Below, one piece after another: positions 1 to 9,950 of a DNA stretch of 64,000 nt (the first letter of the stretch is position 1; the number at the start of each line of letters is the position of its first letter). The notes beneath the pieces are model-generated. The model was not told the origin of the DNA. It did no database searches and worked only from the letters and a program-made list of their open reading frames with translations. This stretch comes from an uncultured Lachnospiraceae bacterium (GTDB taxonomy: Bacteria; Bacillota; Clostridia; Lachnospirales; Lachnospiraceae): contig CANQSN010000004.1 in assembly GCA_947626505.1 (NCBI GenBank), positions 3,980 through 67,979 of the forward strand, given 5' to 3'. The translations under genes were made by a program, and so were the position numbers.

Positions 1-487
1 CAGCGTAATTTTGGATACAGGCAACAGCGCCATGCAGGATATGGCTGAGCTTTTACTTTATGCGGCGGCAAGGGCGCAGCTTGTAGGCGAGGTTATAAAG
101 CCGGCTATAGACGCCGGCAAGGTTGTAATATGCGACCGCTTTGTGGACAGCTCTGCAGTATATCAAGGTATTGCCAGAGATTTAGGCATAGATACGGTAT
201 ATAATGTTAATTTATATGCGCTTCAAGGTATTATGCCGGATATAACAATTTTTTTGGATATGCCGGCAGCAGAAGGAATAAAGAGAAAGAAGGAACAGCA
301 TGAGTTAGACCGTATGGAATTAGAGTCGGTCGAATTTCATGAGAAGGTGGCGGAGGGATACCGCCGACTGGCGAGGGAGTATGAGGAGAGAATTTTTCGT
401 GTGGATGCAATGCTGTCTGTTGAAGAAATCAGAGAAATTATCAGAAAAAAGGTAGGCTCAATGATTAATTTATCCGATAAATTATAA
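1..487 (+). CDS. tmk: Thymidylate kinase (5' end outside window)
   Basis: ELLLYAAARAQ and VICDRF..S..AYQG motifs; position upstream of yaaR-holB. Confidence 0.93.
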   Translation, partial: SVILDTGNSAMQDMAELLLYAAARAQLVGEVIKPAIDAGKVVICDRFVDSSAVYQGIARDLGIDTVYNVNLYALQGIMPDITIFLDMPAAEGIKRKKEQHELDRMELESVEFHEKVAEGYRRLAREYEERIFRVDAMLSVEEIREIIRKKVGSMINLSDKL

Positions 488-547
488 TAATAACTCCAAA
501 TGATTGAGATTTGTTATTGGATGCGCTAAAGGTTCATATCAGAAGAT

Positions 548-597
548 GTCTGTAAAAGCAGACTAAAGGTTTGCGTCAAGACTTGCAAGCGAGTCAT
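548..597 (+). repeat. Dispersed two-hairpin intergenic repeat, copy 1
   Basis: gtctgtaaaagcagac-N14-aagacttgcaagcgagtcat, matches copies at 50941 and 55186. Confidence 0.8.
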
Positions 598-668
598 AAA
601 CAGATAAAGTCAAAAACACTCGGCAGTCATGAGGCGTTATACATTGTTTATAGAAAGGGCGGGACAAT

Positions 669-1112
669 ATGGATATTAAGGTTAAAGAGACGCAGAATAT
701 TAATCATGCGGCTGCCTCTGCTACGAAGAATCGTGATGTGGACAGCGGTTTTAAGTTTACTTTGGTCAGCAATATAGAGAAGTCGGAGCTTAAGGATAAA
801 CTTAGCAGCCTTATGAAGGATATTACAGAGCAGGGTGAGAAGATTGCCAAGCATATGGATATCAAGGATATGAGGAAGTATCGTTCTACAATTAAGGAAT
901 TTATGAATGAGGTAGTGAGCAATTCGCATGAATTTTCAAGGGAGAATTTTCTTGACAGAAGGGGGCGCCACAGGGTGTATGGAATTATCCGTCAGGTGGA
1001 TAAGAACCTTGACGAGCTGGCAGAAGAATTGTTAAAGGATGAGAAGGACAATATTGCAATCCTTCAGAGGGTAGATGATATACGTGGATTGCTGTTAGAT
1101 ATTTCAACCTGA
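669..1112 (+). CDS. yaaR: YaaR family protein (DUF327)
   Basis: Y+..IKEF+.EVV and IRGLLLDI C-terminus; conserved tmk-yaaR-holB order. Confidence 0.85.
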   Translation: MDIKVKETQNINHAAASATKNRDVDSGFKFTLVSNIEKSELKDKLSSLMKDITEQGEKIAKHMDIKDMRKYRSTIKEFMNEVVSNSHEFSRENFLDRRGRHRVYGIIRQVDKNLDELAEELLKDEKDNIAILQRVDDIRGLLLDIST

Positions 1113-1121
1113 TATCGGGAG

Positions 1122-2135
1122 GTGAAGCAAATGTTAAAGCTGGACGACATTATTGGAGAAGAGCAGATTAAGGAGTATTTTAAAGGGGCAATTGAACAGA
1201 ACAAGGTAAGCCATTCTTATATTTATGAAGGTGAGACGGGTTGTGGTAAGAAACTACTGGCTTATGCATTTGCAAAATTATTACAGTGTGAGGAGGGTAA
1301 GACAGAGTCTTGTGGAAAATGCAAGTCATGCATTCAGGCGGACAATGCAAACCATCCTGATATTATTACGGTAACTCATGAAAAGCCTACAGTAATCGGA
1401 GTGGATGAAGTAAGAACACAGCTTGTTTCCGACATTGGAATTAAGCCTTACAGCAGCAGGTACAAGATTTATATTATACCGGATGCGGAGCTGATGACTA
1501 AGGAGGCGCAGAATGCAATATTAAAGACTATTGAGGAGCCTCCCGCATATGGTATTATTATGCTGCTTACGACAAATGCAGGTAAGTTTTTGCCAACTAT
1601 TATAAGCCGCTGTGTAAAGCTTACTGTAAAACCGGTTGATAACCGTAAGGTTTATGATTATTTAGACCAGCATTATGATTTGGATGAGGAAACTCTTCGT
1701 TTTGCTACAGAGTATGCATTTGGCAATATTGGAAAGGCGTGTCGGTGTGTAGAATCAGAGGATTTTGTACGGATTAAGCAAATGTGCTTTGATATGCTAA
1801 AGAATATTTCCATGTGGGAGATTCCTGACATCATTTTCTCTGTGAAGGAAGCGGCAAAGGAAAAGGTTTATATAGATGATTTATTTGATATTATGACTAT
1901 GTGGTTTCGTGATGTGCTGGTTCTTAAGGTCACAAGGAACCCTAACAAGGTTATAATACGAGATATGTACAGTGTTATGAATAAGCAGGCTCAGGTGGTT
2001 TCATATGAAGGAATCGAGGATATTTTGGGAGCAATTGATATTGCTAAGGCCAGAGTAGAAGCAAATGTCAGCTTAGATACTATTTTAGAATTATTATTAT
2101 TCCGTATTAAAGAACATCTTAAATGGATGAAATAG
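1122..2135 (+). CDS. holB: DNA polymerase III delta' subunit
   Basis: SHSYIYEGETGCGKK, zinc motif C..C..SC, NHPD, AQNAILKTIEEPP, TIISRC. Confidence 0.93.
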   Translation: MKQMLKLDDIIGEEQIKEYFKGAIEQNKVSHSYIYEGETGCGKKLLAYAFAKLLQCEEGKTESCGKCKSCIQADNANHPDIITVTHEKPTVIGVDEVRTQLVSDIGIKPYSSRYKIYIIPDAELMTKEAQNAILKTIEEPPAYGIIMLLTTNAGKFLPTIISRCVKLTVKPVDNRKVYDYLDQHYDLDEETLRFATEYAFGNIGKACRCVESEDFVRIKQMCFDMLKNISMWEIPDIIFSVKEAAKEKVYIDDLFDIMTMWFRDVLVLKVTRNPNKVIIRDMYSVMNKQAQVVSYEGIEDILGAIDIAKARVEANVSLDTILELLLFRIKEHLKWMK

Positions 2136-2152
2136 ATAGGAGAAATTTTTTT

Positions 2153-3073
2153 ATGGTGGAGGTAATTGGTGTTCGTTTTAGGACGAATGGTAAGATATAT
2201 TATTTTAATCCGGAGAACTATGATGTGCATTCCGGAGATCATGTTATTGTGGAGACGATACGCGGCGTTGAGTATGGTCAGGTTGTATTGGAGAGAAGGC
2301 AGATTGGGGAGCAGGATATAGTTGCAACCCTAAAGCCGATTATTCGGGTAGCAACTCCGGAGGACGACCGACATCAGCAGCGGAACAAGGAGAGGTGTAA
2401 AGACGCATTTGATATTTGTCTTAAGAAGATTGAAAAGCACAATCTTCATATGAAGCTTATTGATGTGGAGTATACATTTGACAATAATAAGCTGCTGTTT
2501 TATTTTTCTGCGGATGGTAGGGTGGATTTCAGAGAGCTTGTAAGAGATTTGGCAAATGAATTTAAAACCCGCATTGAGCTTCGCCAGATTGGCGTCAGGG
2601 ATGAGGCGAAGCTTTTGGGGGGACTCGGTATTTGCGGCAGGTCGCTATGCTGTTACAGCTATTTGTCAGAATTTGCAAGCGTTTCCATTAAGATGGCAAA
2701 GGAGCAGAATCTGTCGCTCAATCCTTCTAAGATTAGCGGAGTTTGCGGCAGGCTTATGTGCTGTCTTAAAAACGAGCAGGAAACTTATGAATATTTGAAT
2801 AGCAAGCTGCCTAATGTGGGAGATATAGTAAAGACTGTTGATGGATTTATCGGCGAGGTACAGAGTGTCAGTGTGCTGCGCCAGAAGGTTAAGGTTATTA
2901 TCACAAATGAAGAAGACGAAAAGGAAGCGGTGGAATACAATATAGACGATTTGAGTTTTACTCCCCATCGCAGAAAAGGCGGTAAGAATAAGCGCATTCA
3001 GGAAGAAGATGTGGATATGAAAGAGCTTGAATCTTTAGAGAGGGATGACGATAAGCATTCCAAGCTTGATTAG
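2153..3073 (+). CDS. yaaT: PSP1-domain stage 0 sporulation protein RicT/YaaT
   Basis: RVDFRELV, RIELRQIGVRDEAK, CGRLMCCL; RBS ggag before ATG 2153. Confidence 0.92.
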   Translation: MVEVIGVRFRTNGKIYYFNPENYDVHSGDHVIVETIRGVEYGQVVLERRQIGEQDIVATLKPIIRVATPEDDRHQQRNKERCKDAFDICLKKIEKHNLHMKLIDVEYTFDNNKLLFYFSADGRVDFRELVRDLANEFKTRIELRQIGVRDEAKLLGGLGICGRSLCCYSYLSEFASVSIKMAKEQNLSLNPSKISGVCGRLMCCLKNEQETYEYLNSKLPNVGDIVKTVDGFIGEVQSVSVLRQKVKVIITNEEDEKEAVEYNIDDLSFTPHRRKGGKNKRIQEEDVDMKELESLERDDDKHSKLD

Positions 3074-3099
3074 AGTTTGGTATACTGGCAGGAAGAACT

Positions 3100-3849
3100 A
3101 TGGGTAAGGAGAGTTATGTACATTACGGTGAGCGTCTGGATGATTTGCAGTGCAACGGGTATTATTTGATACAGGATCCGGATTGGTTTTGTTTTGGCGT
3201 GGATGCGGTGCTTTTGTCGCACTATGCAAAGGTGAAGGATGGGGATAAGGTATTAGATATTTGCAGTGGAAATGGTATTATACCTATATTGCTTTCAGGT
3301 ATTACAAACGGACTGCATTTTACCGGCTTGGAGATTCAGGAGCATAATGTGGATATGGCAAGGCGAAGCATTGCATTAAACCGCATAGAGAATAAGGTCA
3401 ATATGGTTTTGGGAGATGTAAAGGAAGCTGCGGGCATTTTTGAAGCAGCTTCTTTTCAGGTAATAACAGCCAATCCGCCTTACATGATTGGGCAGCACGG
3501 TCTTACAAATGCATCTGAACATAAAATGATTGCCAGACATGAGGTGCTATGTACCTTAGAAGATGTTGTGGCAGCAGCGTCTAAACTGCTTGTTACCGGC
3601 GGTCGGTTTTATATGGTGCATAAACCGTTTCGTTTGCCGGAGATAATTGCAGTTATGAGGGAGTATCGTATTGAGCCGAAAGGAATGAGATTAGTACATC
3701 CTTATGTGGATAAGGAGCCTAATATGGTGCTGATAGAGGGCGTCAGAGGAGGAAGGCCCCGAATGAAGGTAGAACCGCCGCTTATTATTTATACAGAAAA
3801 GGGAATATATACTGAGGAGGTTCTTAATGTATATGGGAAGAACGAATGA
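3100..3849 (+). CDS. tRNA1(Val) adenine-37 N6-methyltransferase (YabB-like)
   Basis: FGVDAVLL, VLDICSGNGII, NPPY, IARHE motifs. Confidence 0.85.
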   Translation: MGKESYVHYGERLDDLQCNGYYLIQDPDWFCFGVDAVLLSHYAKVKDGDKVLDICSGNGIIPILLSGITNGLHFTGLEIQEHNVDMARRSIALNRIENKVNMVLGDVKEAAGIFEAASFQVITANPPYMIGQHGLTNASEHKMIARHEVLCTLEDVVAAASKLLVTGGRFYMVHKPFRLPEIIAVMREYRIEPKGMRLVHPYVDKEPNMVLIEGVRGGRPRMKVEPPLIIYTEKGIYTEEVLNVYGKNE

Positions 3850-3888
3850 TTTGCGTCTTATTAAGAATAGTAGAAAAAGGGATTTAAT

Positions 3889-4734
3889 ATGGAAAAAGGA
3901 AGTTTATATATATGCGCTACCCCCATTGGGAATCTTGAGGATATAACCTACAGGGTGGTACGCACCTTAAAAGAAGTTGATATAATTGCAGCGGAGGATA
4001 CCAGAAACAGTATAAAGCTTTTAAATCATTTTGAGATAAAAACAAAAATGACCAGCTACCATGAGTATAATAAGATAGACAAAGCAAAGTATCTTGTGGG
4101 GGAAATGCTTGCAGGCAAAAATATTGCCTTAATTACTGATGCAGGAACGCCGGCAATTTCGGATCCGGGAGAGGAGCTTGTAAGGCAGTGTCATGAGGCG
4201 GGAATTAAAATTACATCGCTGCCGGGAGCTTGCGCAGCGGTGACAGCTCTTACCATGTCAGGAAGGAGTACAAGACGTTTTGCATTTGAAGCGTTTTTAC
4301 CGTCAGATAGAAGAGAGCGCAGCGAGGTTTTGAGGGCGCTCACAAATGAAACCCGAACTATAATTGTTTATGAGGCGCCTCATCATTTGAGGAATACGCT
4401 TAATGAGCTTAAAGAGGTTCTTGGAGATGAGCGCAGACTTAGTGTTTGTAAAGAGCTTACAAAACGGTATGAAAATGTTATGCTTACAACATTTAAGGAA
4501 GCATGTGAGTTTTATGAGCAGCATGAGCCAAGAGGAGAATATGTGCTGGTAATAGAGGGCAAAAGCCTTGATGAGCTTAAAGAAGAGGAGCGGCAGCAGT
4601 GGGAGGCAATGAGTATAAATGAGCATATGGCATATTATATGAAGCAAGGGCTTGATAAAAAAAATGCTATGAAGCAGGTGGCAAAGGACAGAGGAATTGG
4701 TAAGCGGGAAGTGTATAGGGCGCTGCTTGATTAA
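3889..4734 (+). CDS. rsmI: 16S rRNA C1402 2'-O-methyltransferase
   Basis: ATPIGNLEDIT, AAEDTR, DAGTPAISDPG, ELTKRYE, RGEYVLV. Confidence 0.95.
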   Translation: MEKGSLYICATPIGNLEDITYRVVRTLKEVDIIAAEDTRNSIKLLNHFEIKTKMTSYHEYNKIDKAKYLVGEMLAGKNIALITDAGTPAISDPGEELVRQCHEAGIKITSLPGACAAVTALTMSGRSTRRFAFEAFLPSDRRERSEVLRALTNETRTIIVYEAPHHLRNTLNELKEVLGDERRLSVCKELTKRYENVMLTTFKEACEFYEQHEPRGEYVLVIEGKSLDELKEEERQQWEAMSINEHMAYYMKQGLDKKNAMKQVAKDRGIGKREVYRALLD

Positions 4735-4759
4735 AGAGTTTGTCATACGGAGGAAGATT

Positions 4760-5827
4760 ATGGAGCCTGTATTAAAATGTATAAATGTTACAAAAAAACG
4801 CCGGAATTTTCTTCTAACTAATGTGAATTTTGAATTGGAGTCGGGGCGTCTGTTAGGTGTGATTGGGGAAAATGGAGCCGGAAAATCTACGCTTATGCAG
4901 CTGCTTCTTGGCGGCTGCCCGTTGGACAGGGAGGAGAAGAAAAAGCGCAAAAAAGGCGAGCTGTCAGGCAATACAGCTACATCATTAAGAGGGGATATTT
5001 TGGTGGCGGGCTGCAGTATGCGCCAGCTTGGCGGCGAAGCAAAGAAAAACATGGCATATGTACTTAATGAGTGTCCGTTTTCGATGGTTATGACAGCTAT
5101 GGAGAATGCAAAGGTTTATGGAGAATGCTATTATACATGGAAACAGGAGATATTTGATGAGCGTCTTAAGAGGTACAAGGCGCCAAAAGATGTTGCTCTT
5201 AAGAAGTGTTCTAAAAGGCAGCAGACAGCGTTTCAGATGGCGTTTGCCGCCTCCTACGACGCAAAAGTATATATATTTGACGAACCTTTAGATAACTTAG
5301 ATGTGGAAATTAAAAAGCAGGCGTTTGATTTAATGCAGGAGCTTATAGCAAAGGGAGATAGAAGCGTTATATATGCTACCCGCCGGATTGAAGATTTAGA
5401 GCGGATAGGGGACTATATTTTATGGCTCGATAAGGGACGCCAGCTTTTATATGAAGACAAAAATAGATTGCTTGATGAGTACCGTATTTTAATCGGCAGC
5501 AATAAGCAGCTTGCTTACATAGAAGGTCAGCTTTCATCAGAATTTCTGGGAAAACGCATTACTGCGCATAGCAGTGAAGCGTTGATTCGTAAACCGGCAG
5601 AAGCGTTGCCTTTAAAGATTGAAAGCAGGCCTCCAACGCTTAAAGAGCTTATGTACTACAATGAAATGTATCGAAAGTCCCAACATAAATGCTTCCTTAC
5701 TAAAGAGAAGCTTGAAGAAGATTCACCGCAATATGTTAAAATAAAACCTAAGCCTGATAAATCATGGAAAGACATTTCCACTTCTCCTTCTGAGAGGGAA
5801 GGGGTGGGAGATTCCCCCTTTAATTAA
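4760..5827 (+). CDS. ABC transporter ATP-binding protein with degenerate motifs
   Basis: Walker A GENGAGKS and Walker B YIFDEP; signature CSKRQ and H-loop ATR are atypical; RBS ggagg before 4760. Confidence 0.75.
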   Translation: MEPVLKCINVTKKRRNFLLTNVNFELESGRLLGVIGENGAGKSTLMQLLLGGCPLDREEKKKRKKGELSGNTATSLRGDILVAGCSMRQLGGEAKKNMAYVLNECPFSMVMTAMENAKVYGECYYTWKQEIFDERLKRYKAPKDVALKKCSKRQQTAFQMAFAASYDAKVYIFDEPLDNLDVEIKKQAFDLMQELIAKGDRSVIYATRRIEDLERIGDYILWLDKGRQLLYEDKNRLLDEYRILIGSNKQLAYIEGQLSSEFLGKRITAHSSEALIRKPAEALPLKIESRPPTLKELMYYNEMYRKSQHKCFLTKEKLEEDSPQYVKIKPKPDKSWKDISTSPSEREGVGDSPFN

Positions 5828-6568
5828 ATGATAAAGACTGGCAAGCGAGACAAGAATGCTAAAGGAGATTGGAATATGGTTAAACGTGTACTTCAGGAAA
5901 TGTTTTATGGAGTGGGAAAGAAAACAATATGGCTGCTGTTCTTCTTTTGTGTGGCTGGATTTATACTGTATGGAGTAGACAACAACATAGAAAAAGCAAG
6001 TTATTTCAGTCTGGCAAATGCAGGCGTGTTCTGGCTGTTTATGTCTTTAGTACTTAATGAATCCGTCAATTTTTTGGCGATACCGAAGGTGTTTTTCTAT
6101 GTACCGCTAAATGGCAAAAGCATGAAGCGTTACATGCTTTTACGAATATTTGCAGAGGTAATTTTGTTTTTATTTTTTACAATTTTTATTTTTACAGTGT
6201 GTATTGTTATAAGATTATTAGCTGGAACGCCATTTTATATTGGTAATCCGGCGGCGCAGGGAATTAACTTGTATATATTTTTAATAACTCTATTTGTATG
6301 GCGCGCAGGCATATTAAAACGTCAGTTTAAAGTTTTTGATATACAAACGAGAATAAGCGGACGACTGATTAATCTTATGTTTATTATATATGAGGTAGCA
6401 TTTTCCTTCTATATAAATGAATTTACGGTAAGAAGCATTTTAGATGGAAAGCTTAAGATGCCAACGGACGTCCAATGGATATTAATTGGTATAGGTTTGG
6501 TTATAAGCGCAATTCATGCAGTAATTTATGGCAGGTATTGCCTTAATTCAATTGTTGGTAAAGAATAA
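5828..6568 (+). CDS. Multi-pass membrane protein, probable ABC-2 permease
   Basis: About 6 hydrophobic segments; abuts the ATPase gene. Confidence 0.6.
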   Translation: MIKTGKRDKNAKGDWNMVKRVLQEMFYGVGKKTIWLLFFFCVAGFILYGVDNNIEKASYFSLANAGVFWLFMSLVLNESVNFLAIPKVFFYVPLNGKSMKRYMLLRIFAEVILFLFFTIFIFTVCIVIRLLAGTPFYIGNPAAQGINLYIFLITLFVWRAGILKRQFKVFDIQTRISGRLINLMFIIYEVAFSFYINEFTVRSILDGKLKMPTDVQWILIGIGLVISAIHAVIYGRYCLNSIVGKE

Positions 6569-6731
6569 AGATGGGTATAGCAGCAAAAAATATTGCTAAA
6601 TATAGATAAGTGTGGTATCCTAAGAACAGATATTTGGCAAAGCGGCTTAGGGCGGTATTTATACGTTTGTCAAGGTAACTGGTTATATGGCTGTAAAGTC
6701 ACATTTATAGGGGTATTAAGGAGGATTTTAT

Positions 6732-7847
6732 ATGAAAAAACTTGTAAGTATAGTATTAGTGTTGGCGCTTGTTTTTGCATTAACCGGCTGCAACGGAGAA
6801 GATGTTAAGATGCAGATTAATGCAGATGGAAGCAGCTTAGTAAGCGTTACATATATGTATGAAGAGAATCTCTATAATTCATTGTGTAGTTCGGAGCAGG
6901 CGTCCGCAATAAACGCATCCGCAATCAAAAGCGGGGATTTTGCAGAGGGCAAAAAGACTATCGGCAAATATACTTATTATACCTTTAGCAGGGATTTTGC
7001 ATTTGCGACATGCGAAGAATTACAAAGTTTTTTGTCAGACGTCAACGCTTACAGAGCGGCAATGAAGAAAGACTCAAATAATCCCAACTTATATGATACG
7101 GATATTGATGAAGCGTTGATGAGCGAGGCTACTGTGACGCCGACCTTTTTCAGGGGAGTATTTGCAGGAGATGAAGATGAGAGGCTTACAAAGGAGGATG
7201 ATACGCTTTTATCGGACGCAGTTTACCATGAAAATATGCAGGAATTGGGAGTCCGCATTGATTTTGCCATAACATTTCCGACTGCGCCAACCTACAGTAA
7301 TGGCGTTATAAGCGGCAATACTGTGGCATGGGAATTAAAGGATATTAACGATACTCATACCTTGATAGCGGAGGCGGGCGGTAACGTGATTGCTTCAGAT
7401 ACGGAACCGCCGGTGATTAAGGGTGTAAAAAACGGTAAGTTATACGGACGTAAAGGCGTTAGCTCTATGATTAAAGTATCGGATAATATATGCGTTGATA
7501 AAGTAACTGTAAATGGCAAGAAATTTGGAAGCATTATCGGCCCGATAAGCAGCAGCGGCAAATACACTATAGTTGCAACAGATTTAACCGGTAATACTGC
7601 AACCGTTACTTTTACAGTCGATGCAACCGCTCCGGTAATTAAAGGCGTAAGATATGGAAAGACATATAAAAAGCCAGTTACCGTAAAGTTTAAGGATTCA
7701 AGCGGCATTAAGAAGATTAAAGTAAATGGCAAGAAGATTAAAAAATGCAAATCTAAGAAATTCCGTAAAAAGGGCAAATATACTATTTCAGTTACAGATA
7801 ATGCGGGCAATGTCAGCAAGATGAAATTTACAATTAAAAAGAAATAA
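6732..7847 (+). CDS. Lipoprotein with two C-terminal Ig-like repeats
   Basis: Lipobox LTGC; repeats DTEPPVIKGV and DATAPVIKGV, each ending ATDLTGN/VTDNAGN; Lys-rich tail. Confidence 0.75.
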   Translation: MKKLVSIVLVLALVFALTGCNGEDVKMQINADGSSLVSVTYMYEENLYNSLCSSEQASAINASAIKSGDFAEGKKTIGKYTYYTFSRDFAFATCEELQSFLSDVNAYRAAMKKDSNNPNLYDTDIDEALMSEATVTPTFFRGVFAGDEDERLTKEDDTLLSDAVYHENMQELGVRIDFAITFPTAPTYSNGVISGNTVAWELKDINDTHTLIAEAGGNVIASDTEPPVIKGVKNGKLYGRKGVSSMIKVSDNICVDKVTVNGKKFGSIIGPISSSGKYTIVATDLTGNTATVTFTVDATAPVIKGVRYGKTYKKPVTVKFKDSSGIKKIKVNGKKIKKCKSKKFRKKGKYTISVTDNAGNVSKMKFTIKKK

Positions 7848-7857
7848 TAATAAAAAT

Positions 7858-7893
7858 AAAATAGTCTGTCAGGTACGTCCGACAGACTATTTT
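7858..7893. terminator. Bidirectional intrinsic terminator
   Basis: aaaatagtctgtc-loop-gacagactatttt between convergent genes. Confidence 0.8.
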
Positions 7894-7915
7894 TAATGTG
7901 TGAGCTCTTAAATTA

Positions 7916-8182
7916 TTATTTGTCGTTTAAAAGTCCGGCGAGCTTAGCCAGCTCTTTGATGGAAGCCCTAGACACCTTTTTGCCCTTATAGTCGATAAGG
8001 TCTTCTGAGCTGCCGGTAAAAATATCGCAGGGCTCGTATTTTCTTAAAATAATATTGTTGCCCTCAATAAAAATCTCAATAGGATCCTTTTCACTGATTC
8101 CAAGGTTTCTTCTAAGTTCGATAGGAAGAGTAACCCTTCCCAACTCATCTAATTTTCTGACAATTCCTGTGTTTTTTTCCAT
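7916..8182 (-). CDS. abrB: AbrB family transition-state regulator
   Basis: TGIVRKLDELGRVTLPIELRR; near rsmI as in Bacillus. Confidence 0.88.
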   Translation of the reverse strand: MEKNTGIVRKLDELGRVTLPIELRRNLGISEKDPIEIFIEGNNIILRKYEPCDIFTGSSEDLIDYKGKKVSRASIKELAKLAGLLNDK

Positions 8183-8268
8183 GGTGTATTCCTCCTTCAT
8201 GTCAAAGTAAGAAACTTAAAAACCCCTTAGTATGTGTTGATTATCTGTAAAATTGTTTGGAAGGCTTG

Positions 8269-9168
8269 TTAATTATTTTCTTTTGAAAATGCCAAACAAG
8301 CAGCTCCAATTAATCCTGAATCCTCGCTTAACGTAGATTTATGCACCTTAATATGCGGTTTTAACACATCAAATACTTTATTTTTTACTAAGCCTTCCAC
8401 CTCTTCAACAAAGCCGGATATCTTAAGCGCCACAGAGCCGCCCAGAATTACAATGTCCGGATCCATGTATGCGTAGATAAATGCAATAAAATTAGCAAGA
8501 TAGGTTTTAGCTTCAGTCATAATGCGTCTTGCAGTGTCGTTGCCGGATAGGGCAAGCTCATTAACTTCTCCGGCGTGTTTGACAGAAAGCCCCGCATTCT
8601 GTGCTCTTACAGTAATGGCAGTTCCGCTGCAGATAGCCTCAATACCTCCGGGTAAAATAGAACCATGACTTGGTCCATCCTGCCACATAATACAATTAGC
8701 AACTTCATTGGCAAATCCATGAGTACCAATATGAACTTTGCCATTTACAACCAGACCGGCGCCAATTCCTGTAGAGATGGTTAAGAATTGTACAGTGCGG
8801 TATTCTCTGCCCTCTCCTACGGTAGCTTCTGCTAAAGCGGCAAGATTGGCGTCATTGTCCAGCGTAACCGGAATGTGGATAAGGTCTTCGAGGGCTTTTG
8901 TAACATTAAAGTTTCTCCAGCCGCCTTTAAGGTTTGGCGGTGTAAGAATCCTGCCATTAATCAAATCCAAAGGACCGGGACAGGACATACCCGCACCTAT
9001 GATATTTTCACTGTAATCTAAAACTGTCTGGGCAATCTTATCTAATGTATCCGAAGGTTCAGTCGGATTTGTTGGAAATTGATCACGTTTTACAATGTTT
9101 TTATTGGTGTCAACAAGCGCAACCCTTGTGTTTGTTCCGCCAATATCGATAGCGACTGCATATTTCAT
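8269..9168 (-). CDS. ROK family sugar kinase
   Basis: IDIGGT, NDANLAALAE, TISTGIGAG. Confidence 0.88.
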   Translation of the reverse strand: MKYAVAIDIGGTNTRVALVDTNKNIVKRDQFPTNPTEPSDTLDKIAQTVLDYSENIIGAGMSCPGPLDLINGRILTPPNLKGGWRNFNVTKALEDLIHIPVTLDNDANLAALAEATVGEGREYRTVQFLTISTGIGAGLVVNGKVHIGTHGFANEVANCIMWQDGPSHGSILPGGIEAICSGTAITVRAQNAGLSVKHAGEVNELALSGNDTARRIMTEAKTYLANFIAFIYAYMDPDIVILGGSVALKISGFVEEVEGLVKNKVFDVLKPHIKVHKSTLSEDSGLIGAACLAFSKENN

Positions 9169-9304
9169 AGAACACCTCCCTGATTCAAAAAAATTCCTGC
9201 AATTATGTAATAAATATAGTATTAACTATTTTGGAAAAGGTGTCAATAGGTAAAATAGGTAAGTTTTGTAAATTTTTGCATAGAATAAATAAGGAGGGCG
9301 AATT

Positions 9305-9910
9305 ATGATAAATAAAATTTTTGTGGGAATGCTTTTAATCGGGATTGGCGCGGCAGTTTTTTTGGGAAATATAAAAGAAGTATCTCTGGCGTTTGTGGAC
9401 AGCTCTAAGGAAGCAGTGCAGCTTTCTATTATTATGCTGGGGGTTGTGGGAATGTGGACGGGAATTATGAAGGTGGCGGAAGAAGCAGGCATTGCAAAAT
9501 CACTGGCAAAAGCTATGGGGCCGGTGATTAGATTTCTTTTTCCTGATTTAAAGGGAGAAAAAACAGAAAAAGCAAGGTATTATATTGCGGAAAATATGGC
9601 GGCAAATGTTTTGGGGCTGGGATGGGCAGCTACTCCTACAGGCTTGAAAGCAATGGAAGAATTGAAGAAAGCAGCGCCCGCAGGTACAAATGCCGCTACA
9701 GACTCAATGTGTATGTTTTTATTGATAAATGTATCCTCACTTCAATTAATTCCGGTTAATATTATTGCCTACCGCAGCCAATATGGGGCGGTAAACCCCA
9801 CAGATATAATACTTCCGGCTATTATTTGTACTCTTATATCTACGTTTGCTGCAGTTATATATGGGAAAATAAAATATAAGAAAGCGGAATATAAGCGTAA
9901 AAAAAATTAG
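9305..9910 (+). CDS. spmA: Spore maturation protein A
   Basis: ANVLGLGWAATPTGLKAM, FLLINVSSLQLIP; sigma-E-like catagaat at 9279-9286. Confidence 0.92.
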   Translation: MINKIFVGMLLIGIGAAVFLGNIKEVSLAFVDSSKEAVQLSIIMLGVVGMWTGIMKVAEEAGIAKSLAKAMGPVIRFLFPDLKGEKTEKARYYIAENMAANVLGLGWAATPTGLKAMEELKKAAPAGTNAATDSMCMFLLINVSSLQLIPVNIIAYRSQYGAVNPTDIILPAIICTLISTFAAVIYGKIKYKKAEYKRKKN

Positions 9911-9940
9911 TACAGCGAATATTAAAAATTCACTGTACTA
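9908..9940. terminator. Hairpin between convergent genes
   Basis: tagtacagcgaat...attcactgtacta. Confidence 0.55.
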
Positions 9941-9950
9941 TGTTAAGAGG

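Noticed and set aside
453-480. Sigma-D promoter (tccgataa) upstream of yaaR
   Set aside because: No TAAA-like -35 at the expected spacing, and it lies inside tmk.
571-777. 68-aa ORF and the many other short overlapping or antisense ORFs in the track
   Set aside because: They overlap well-supported genes or repeats and lack RBS and recognisable motifs.
6630-6720. Possible c-di-GMP-I riboswitch (ggcaaa) upstream of the lipoprotein
   Set aside because: The GAAA-capped stem and second cgcaaa element are missing.
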